A stretch of 60,549 nt of DNA from an uncultured Gammaproteobacteria bacterium (lineage in GTDB: Bacteria; Patescibacteriota; Microgenomatia; 2-02-FULL-39-11): the NCBI GenBank assembly GCA_964362665.1, contig CAYIFB010000003.1:27836-88384 (forward strand), read 5' to 3'. Shown here in pieces: positions 53,931 through 60,549 of the stretch. The notes under the pieces were generated by a model that worked only from the letters and a program-made list of their open reading frames with translations, did not search any database and had not been told where the DNA came from. Position numbers and translations under genes: made by a program. Position 1 is the stretch's first letter, and each line of letters opens with the position of its first letter.

Positions 53931-55220
53931 ATGCAAATAGTTTTTAACTTTTTATTTTACCATACCCCGATTTTTTATCTTATTCAGTCCCTTTGGCGCG
54001 ATGAAGCTTTTTCTTTCTTTATGGCCAAACCCAATCCTCTTCAAATAATCATCAATACAGCCAATGATTTCAATCCTCCGTTTTATTATTTGCTCCTGCA
54101 TTTCTGGATGATTATCGCCGGTCACCGCGATGAAGCCTTAAGGCTTCTGTCGCTTTTTTTTCATATTCTTACTGCCTATACCGCCTTTAAATTTAGTGAA
54201 AAAGTTTTTTCCCGGAGGTTTGCCTATTTTGTCCTGTGCTTCACTTTATTTAATCCTATGCTTGTTTATTATGCTTTCGAAATGCGTATGTACTCACTGT
54301 ATGCTTTTTTAACAATTGCCAGTCTTTATTTTATTTATTTTAAAAATTGGAAATGGTATACATTATCGGTGGTTTTAGGCCTTTATACACATTCTTTTTT
54401 TCCGCTTATTATCGCCTCGTATATCATTTATTATTGGATCACCAAACAACTCAATAAGAAAAATTTCCGGCTGTTATTCAAACCTGTCCTGTTTTATCTT
54501 CCCTGGCTTCCGGTGATTATCATTCAATTTTTTCATTCTAAAAATTCATGGCTTTTTCCTGTAGATCTGCAGCTCGTCAAATCTGTTTTAGGAAACTTGT
54601 TCACCAATTATGAAGGAACACCCGGGGGACTCTGGAAATACACTTTTTTTCTGTCACTCTTTATTTTTTATTTTCTTTATCTTGGCCTTAAAAGATTCCA
54701 AAAAAAATCTTTAATTTTCTTAATCCCTATATTTATTCCATTGGTTTTGATTCTTAGTTATTCTTCAATCAAACAACCTCTTTATGTTAATCGCTACCTA
54801 ATTTTTGTCACTATCTTTGAAATCATGGGGATTTCTTTGGGTATCTGGAGCATAAAAAGTAAATTAACACGATCGGTATATGCCGCGCTTTGGCTTATGT
54901 TAATAATCTATATCAATCTCTTCCTTCCTCAGTATCTGAAAAAAACTGATTTCAAATCGACATTTATTGAAGTCAATAGAATTTCTACCCGCAGTGACAG
55001 TGTTTTTGCCAAAACTCCGATCGGATTTTTAGAATCTGCATACTATAATAAATTTCCAGATAAAACTTTCATTTTTAATCCCAATAATATAAAAATCCCG
55101 AATTACATTGGCGCAGCTCTAGTTTTTCCCAATTCCTCAAAAACGTCTTTTCCGCCGCCTCCATCACGGGTCTTTTTAATCAATGACGATGCCAGCTACG
55201 AAGTTATCATTAATAATTAA
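53931..55220 (+). CDS. GT-C-fold membrane glycosyltransferase (ArnT/PMT-like)
   Basis: 429 aa. First-loop WRDEAFSF motif, about 10 TM helices and a small C-terminal outer domain. Confidence 0.7.
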   Translation: MQIVFNFLFYHTPIFYLIQSLWRDEAFSFFMAKPNPLQIIINTANDFNPPFYYLLLHFWMIIAGHRDEALRLLSLFFHILTAYTAFKFSEKVFSRRFAYFVLCFTLFNPMLVYYAFEMRMYSLYAFLTIASLYFIYFKNWKWYTLSVVLGLYTHSFFPLIIASYIIYYWITKQLNKKNFRLLFKPVLFYLPWLPVIIIQFFHSKNSWLFPVDLQLVKSVLGNLFTNYEGTPGGLWKYTFFLSLFIFYFLYLGLKRFQKKSLIFLIPIFIPLVLILSYSSIKQPLYVNRYLIFVTIFEIMGISLGIWSIKSKLTRSVYAALWLMLIIYINLFLPQYLKKTDFKSTFIEVNRISTRSDSVFAKTPIGFLESAYYNKFPDKTFIFNPNNIKIPNYIGAALVFPNSSKTSFPPPPSRVFLINDDASYEVIINN

Positions 55221-55240
55221 TTTATTATTTTTATCCTCTT

Positions 55241-55594
55241 ATGAAACTAAAAATTAAAAATCTTTTTCAAGACAAACTGGTGCAAAAAATTTCTAAATTT
55301 TTTATTTCTATTTTAGTTATTTTTCTGATAATAATTATATGGAAATGGAAATCTTTTCCGCCGGAACTGCCATTATTTTATTCTCTTCCCCGGGGTAATT
55401 TGCAACTGGGAACACCAATTCTACTTTTACTACTGCCGGGCTTTTCTATTCTGGTGTTTGTTTTTAATCTCATTCTTTCTGCCTTATTTTATAGTGAAGA
55501 AATTCTTATCGCCAAACTTCTGACGATTACAGGCCTTGTGGTGACGATATTTTTTTTGATAACTTTTATTAAAATTGTATTTATAATCAGCTGA
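55241..55594 (+). CDS. Small polytopic membrane protein, hypothetical
   Basis: 117 aa with three hydrophobic helices. The stop overlaps the start of the next gene (TGATG). Confidence 0.45.
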   Translation: MKLKIKNLFQDKLVQKISKFFISILVIFLIIIIWKWKSFPPELPLFYSLPRGNLQLGTPILLLLLPGFSILVFVFNLILSALFYSEEILIAKLLTITGLVVTIFFLITFIKIVFIIS

Positions 55595-56637
55595 TGTATC
55601 TAACTATTATCGCACTTACGTTACTATCCGCAGCGATTACTTATTTTGTAACCCCAAAAGTAATAAAATTTGCCAATAAATTCGGACTGGTCGATAATCC
55701 TAAAATCAGACCTCATCCTGCACATATCCATCTTGGCATCTTACCGAGGGCAGGCGGACTAGGTTTACTTCTGGGAATTATTTTGCCTTCTTTTTTGGTT
55801 TTCCCCTTCAACAGGTTGCTATGTGGAATAATTGTGGCTTCATCGCTTCTTGTGGCAGTCGGCTTATGGGATGACAAAAAAGACAGATCACCTTATATCA
55901 GGCTTCTAACAAACGCTCTGGCCGCGTTAATTATGATTATAGTTGGAGTAAATATTCCTTATATTACCAATCCTTTTGGTGGAATATGGCGACTTGATAT
56001 CATTCCGCTTTTATCTTACCTTGTTGCTTTCGTCTGGATTCTTTGGACTACCAACATTATTGGTTGGTCCGGAGGAGTAGACGGACAACTTCCCGGTTTT
56101 GTAGCTATTTCGGCTTTTGTAATCGGTTTATTATCTCTTCGTTTTGCAGCACAGGACCCTAAACAAATTCAAGTCACTTATCTTTCCTTCATTACGGGCG
56201 GAGCCTTTCTGGGTTTTTTGCCGTGGAATTTTTATCCGCAAAAAATCATGCCGGGTTACGGAGGAAAAACTTTGGCGGGATTCATGCTGGCTGTCTTATC
56301 CATTCTTACTTTCAGCAAATTGGGAACAGCACTTTTGGTCCTCATTATCCCCATGACCGATGCGGTTTTTATGCTTTTCAAAAGAATTCTATCCAATAAA
56401 TCACCGGTTCTAGCTTCTAAAGATCATCTTCATCATCATTTATTATCACTTGGTTGGAGCAAAAAAAAAGTGGCAATTTTTTATTGGCTAATTTCTCTTA
56501 TCACAGGCGTAATTGCCTTATCTCTTAATGCTAAACAAAAAATATTTGCCATAGCGGTGATTGTAGTCGTGATTTTGGGGTTTATTATTCTAGTAGACTA
56601 TATACGAAATTTATCTCAAGCTTCACAGGAAGAATAA
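55594..56637 (+). CDS. Polyprenyl-phosphate N-acetylhexosamine-1-phosphate transferase (MraY/WecA family, GT4)
   Basis: 347 aa. GLWDDKKD, NIIGWSGGVDGQ and the His-rich DHLHHHL motif near the C-terminus. Confidence 0.85.
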   Translation: MYLTIIALTLLSAAITYFVTPKVIKFANKFGLVDNPKIRPHPAHIHLGILPRAGGLGLLLGIILPSFLVFPFNRLLCGIIVASSLLVAVGLWDDKKDRSPYIRLLTNALAALIMIIVGVNIPYITNPFGGIWRLDIIPLLSYLVAFVWILWTTNIIGWSGGVDGQLPGFVAISAFVIGLLSLRFAAQDPKQIQVTYLSFITGGAFLGFLPWNFYPQKIMPGYGGKTLAGFMLAVLSILTFSKLGTALLVLIIPMTDAVFMLFKRILSNKSPVLASKDHLHHHLLSLGWSKKKVAIFYWLISLITGVIALSLNAKQKIFAIAVIVVVILGFIILVDYIRNLSQASQEE

Positions 56638-56644
56638 TGTTCTT

Positions 56645-57475
56645 CTATTCCGTTTTATCAGCATACCGTGACGAAATCCAACCGTCTTTTCCGGTTTCAT
56701 AGCTAATTTTATACCAACCGCTTTCTTCTCCAAGTAAAGGGTACTTATCGCCGGGCTTTATTTGAGCTGTTTCGGTAGCGGTTGTCGATGGACCGCTTCT
56801 AACCCTTAAAAAGCCGGTAGGCGTATCCTTTATCACTATATACGGCTTACCTGGATTGCTACTGTCTTTGGTTTTGATGGCTGCGGATGATGTGGCGTTA
56901 TTTTCTGCAAGAATTGCCAGTTGATATTCTACTGTCAGTTTGTATCCTGTTACAGCCTGAATTCTAACTGTTCTGCTGGAAAAACCCGGTGACGAAACCG
57001 CGACATCATGCTCACCAGCAACAACATCTCTTAAAACTAAAGGAGAGACGCCTTTTTCCTGACCATCCAGAACAACAGTAGCAGCGTCAGGGGTAGAAAA
57101 TATCGCGACCTGGGCTTCTTTATCCGGAATTTTTTCCAAAAAAAGAATATCTCCCGCTGAAGACAGTTCACTTGCTCCGAGCTCGCGGTTGACGTAGGTC
57201 AGAAGTGAAGGGGAAATATTAATTTTTTTTTGCCATGAGGCGGCTGAAGTAGAGGTGTCTTCGGGAATAAGTTTCAAAATATATTCACCGGCAGGATATT
57301 TATCGTCATATGGCGTCTTACCAAGCAGTTTATCATTGAGAAAAATGCTGGATTTAGGATTTGAGGAAACTTTCAATCCTCCAATATTGGTAATTCTGGA
57401 ATAGAAAAATTTATAGCCGGCGAAAGACAAAACAGCGACTAAAATCACAACCACAAGAAGTGCTTTCTTATTCAT
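56645..57475 (-). CDS. Membrane-anchored PEGA-domain protein with a C-terminal bacterial SH3 domain
   Basis: 276 aa. Two PEGA-like units (SSIFLNDKLLGKTPY; VVLDGQEKGVSPLVLRDVVAGEHDVAVSSPGF), SH3b-like end (FLRVRSGPS...GDKYPLLGEESGWYKISY...GWISSRY). Confidence 0.7.
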   Translation of the reverse strand: MNKKALLVVVILVAVLSFAGYKFFYSRITNIGGLKVSSNPKSSIFLNDKLLGKTPYDDKYPAGEYILKLIPEDTSTSAASWQKKINISPSLLTYVNRELGASELSSAGDILFLEKIPDKEAQVAIFSTPDAATVVLDGQEKGVSPLVLRDVVAGEHDVAVSSPGFSSRTVRIQAVTGYKLTVEYQLAILAENNATSSAAIKTKDSSNPGKPYIVIKDTPTGFLRVRSGPSTTATETAQIKPGDKYPLLGEESGWYKISYETGKDGWISSRYADKTE

Positions 57476-57537
57476 GGATTAAATATAACACTCAGACATG
57501 GCTTTTTCAAGAAGCGCGCTAGAGACTCTTAAGTTTA

Positions 57538-58008
57538 TTATTTAACAAATTTAAAAAGTTGAAAACCTTCCGGACCATATAATTCTTCGTTAAAAAACTT
57601 GACTAGTTTTGGTTTTATTTTATAAATTCTTCCGTTAATCTTGTTAGTTTGAATATTTTTGAGATTGATGATTGACTCAAATCCGGGATTGAGTTTATTC
57701 CACATTTTGAGCATCCACATAATTGTGGAAAGATTTTTTATAAGTCTAGCAGTTCCATGCAACTGAACTCCGATTTTTTTATCAACCACTTTTTGTCTGG
57801 TATCGGCAACGGCACACGCTACTTCCGGATTTGATTTTATGTCTCGACAATGTTGGCTTTTGGGCTCGCTTAAAAAGTATAAATTAAACTTTTCATCAGT
57901 CACATAATAAACATTACTTACCCAAAGATGCTGATCTTTTGTTGCTAAAGTCATCAGATTTTGGGACTGAAGAAATTTAAAAAGCAATGTTTTGTCCTTA
58001 GGATTCAT
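57538..58008 (-). CDS. Pyridoxamine 5'-phosphate oxidase-like FMN-binding split-barrel protein
   Basis: 156 aa. LMTLATKDQHLWVSNVYYV...LYFLSEPKSQHCRDIKSNPEVACAV pattern. Confidence 0.65.
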   Translation of the reverse strand: MNPKDKTLLFKFLQSQNLMTLATKDQHLWVSNVYYVTDEKFNLYFLSEPKSQHCRDIKSNPEVACAVADTRQKVVDKKIGVQLHGTARLIKNLSTIMWMLKMWNKLNPGFESIINLKNIQTNKINGRIYKIKPKLVKFFNEELYGPEGFQLFKFVK

Positions 58009-58040
58009 AAGTAATTAAACTGATTTTACCATAGAATACT

Positions 58041-58070
58041 AAAAAGCCCCGAGCGCGCTCGGGGCTTTTA
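58041..58070 (-). terminator. Intrinsic (bidirectional) terminator after groEL
   Basis: GCCCCGAG-cgcg-CTCGGGGC, an 8-bp GC stem flanked by an A5 and a T4 run. On the minus strand the stem is followed by TTTTT. Confidence 0.85.
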
Positions 58071-58113
58071 ATTTTAAACTTTTGATTTTTAATATTTAAT
58101 CTTTAATTTTTCT

Positions 58114-59766
<1,653 letters not shown>

Positions 59767-59788
59767 TTAAGCCTTTCTAGAAGCTCTT

Positions 59789-59807
59789 TCCCGATTCTAA
59801 ATCGGGA
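59789..59807 (-). other. Stem-loop in the groES-groEL spacer
   Basis: TCCCGAT-tctaa-ATCGGGA (7 bp), 26 nt upstream of the groEL start. Confidence 0.5.
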
Positions 59808-59821
59808 TTAGAGATTCTTGA

Positions 59822-59893
59822 ACCCGCCGATCAAGCGCTCTTTGCGACGTGTACGAATAGTACTGAAAAGTCGCAAAGCAAGCTTAGGCGGGC
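59822..59893. repeat. Structured GC-rich palindromic repeat, copy B (first copy at 26786-26856)
   Basis: ACCCGCCGATCAAGCGCTCTTTGCGACGTGTACGAATAGTACTGAAAAGTCGCAAAGCAAGCTTAGGCGGGC. Contains a perfect 9-bp inner stem CTTTGCGAC/GTCGCAAAG. Its last nt is the first nt of the groES stop codon complement. Confidence 0.7.
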
Positions 59894-60195
59894 TATTCAA
59901 TAACCGCTAAAATGTCTTTTTGTTCAACCAGAAGCCATTCTTCTGATTCAACTTTAATTTCATTTCCGCCCCATTTTTTGTACATTACTTTTTGACCAAT
60001 CTTGACAACCATAGGGATTTTTTTACCGTCTTCTGAAATGCCACCCGTTCCAATCGCCATAACTTTACCTATTTGAGGTTTTTCCTTGGCTGTTTCGGGT
60101 AGAAGAATTCCTGATGGAGTTTTAGTTTCTCCCTCAAGAGGTTTGATTAAAACGTAATCAAATAATGGTTTTATAGATTTTGATTGCATTGACAT
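59893..60195 (-). CDS. groS: Co-chaperonin GroES
   Basis: 100 aa. IKPLFDYVLIKP...GKVMAIGTG...YKKWGGNEIKV. AAGGAGG SD. Confidence 0.95.
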   Translation of the reverse strand: MSMQSKSIKPLFDYVLIKPLEGETKTPSGILLPETAKEKPQIGKVMAIGTGGISEDGKKIPMVVKIGQKVMYKKWGGNEIKVESEEWLLVEQKDILAVIE

Positions 60196-60216
60196 AGCAA
60201 CCTCCTTTCAAAAAAA

Positions 60217-60243
60217 TTGGCACTTATTTTAAGTGACTGCTAT
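60217..60243 (-). promoter_or_regulatory. CIRCE operator of the groES-groEL operon
   Basis: Plus strand TTGGCACTT-attttaagt-GACTGCTAT, with the same 9-N9-9 layout and the same GACTGCTA arm as the hrcA CIRCE. Confidence 0.8.
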
Positions 60244-60270
60244 TTTAAATAAAAGAAAAAAACTTGTCAA
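60242..60270 (-). promoter_or_regulatory. Promoter of groES-groEL, TTGACA-17-TAAAAT
   Basis: Minus strand: -35 TTGACA (60270-60265), 17-nt spacer, -10 TAAAAT (60247-60242) overlapping the first 2 nt of CIRCE. Confidence 0.7.
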
Positions 60271-60291
60271 GTGGGAAGATGGGGAGAAAAT

Positions 60292-60549
60292 TTATAACCC
60301 TTGCAAATTTTGATCGATCTGTTGCGCGTCTTGATCCATAGATGTCAGATCGGTTCCATTGACGTCTTTTTGTAAAGATTCTATTTCATCGGAGGTAGAA
60401 AGGGTCGGGTTAACAGTCGTCACTGCCGCCGCCAAAGTTGGAGAAACAACAACCGTTGGACTGGGTTCTGGAGCATTAGTCACTGATGGAGAATTGACAT
60501 TCTTACTTCCGGATATTTTTGTGTAGGCAAAAAAACCTGCTATAAGAAG
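60292..60549 (-). CDS. Hypothetical membrane-anchored protein, 5' end beyond the window
   Basis: The frame stays open upstream of the tracked GTG to the window edge (LLIAGFFAYTKISGSKNVNSPS...), i.e. the end of a TM helix followed by a Pro/Thr/Val-rich then acidic tail. Confidence 0.5.
   Translation of the reverse strand, partial: LLIAGFFAYTKISGSKNVNSPSVTNAPEPSPTVVVSPTLAAAVTTVNPTLSTSDEIESLQKDVNGTDLTSMDQDAQQIDQNLQGL

Overview
AT-rich, densely coding chromosomal segment with about 60 protein genes and the standard genetic code (TGA is used as a stop). The gene content and the trimmed housekeeping proteins suggest a Candidate Phyla Radiation / Patescibacteria (Microgenomates-like) bacterium; that taxonomic call is inference only. 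Supporting traits are AlaRS without a C-Ala domain, a cysteine-free DnaJ, a 243-aa HrcA, a Lon-like AAA+ module without a protease domain, an archaeal-type DeoA, several GT-C/TPR envelope proteins, FemAB, sortase and PilN/PilO-like genes. Gene order: pnp (5' partial), Cys/Met PLP enzyme, GT-C-like membrane protein, Lon-like ATPase, RNase J, folA-thyA behind an ABC-2 exporter whose permease is frameshifted, then ftsK, rodZ-like, DUF948/YtxH-like, alaS, a large membrane protein plus sortase, deoA-like, mltG, an alkA-like glycosylase and YefM-RelE. Next come the hrcA-grpE-dnaK-dnaJ operon with a VOC-family (glyoxalase-like) gene 3' of dnaJ and CIRCE, a secreted glycoside hydrolase, murJ, rpsT, a pilN/pilO-like cluster with an FN3 surface protein, LCP, tpiA, pcrA, two FemAB genes flanking a GT-C/TPR gene, nif3 and a fused UvrD-helicase/PD-(D/E)xK nuclease. 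A small rearranged islet follows: a duplicated helicase 5' end, two paralogous surface proteins and an AbrB-Doc TA. The window ends with a VIT1 transporter, rmuC, metG, tatD, an envelope-glycan locus (processive GT2, GT-C, WecA-like, PEGA/SH3), a PNPOx-like gene and groES-groEL with CIRCE. I found no rRNA, tRNA, CRISPR array, transposase or integrase. The most interesting non-genic signals are listed here. (1) A 71-72 nt structured repeat with compensatory substitutions sits next to both CIRCE-controlled operons. (2) An attenuator-like set of mutually exclusive hairpins precedes the Cys/Met gene. (3) The permease frameshift lies exactly on a U_UUU_UUC heptamer. (4) The helicase-relic and paralog islet. 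(5) Promoters sit so close to start codons that many mRNAs would be leaderless. I did not find a clear, self-contained novel multi-gene system such as a defence locus, so the hunting results are individual leads rather than one system.
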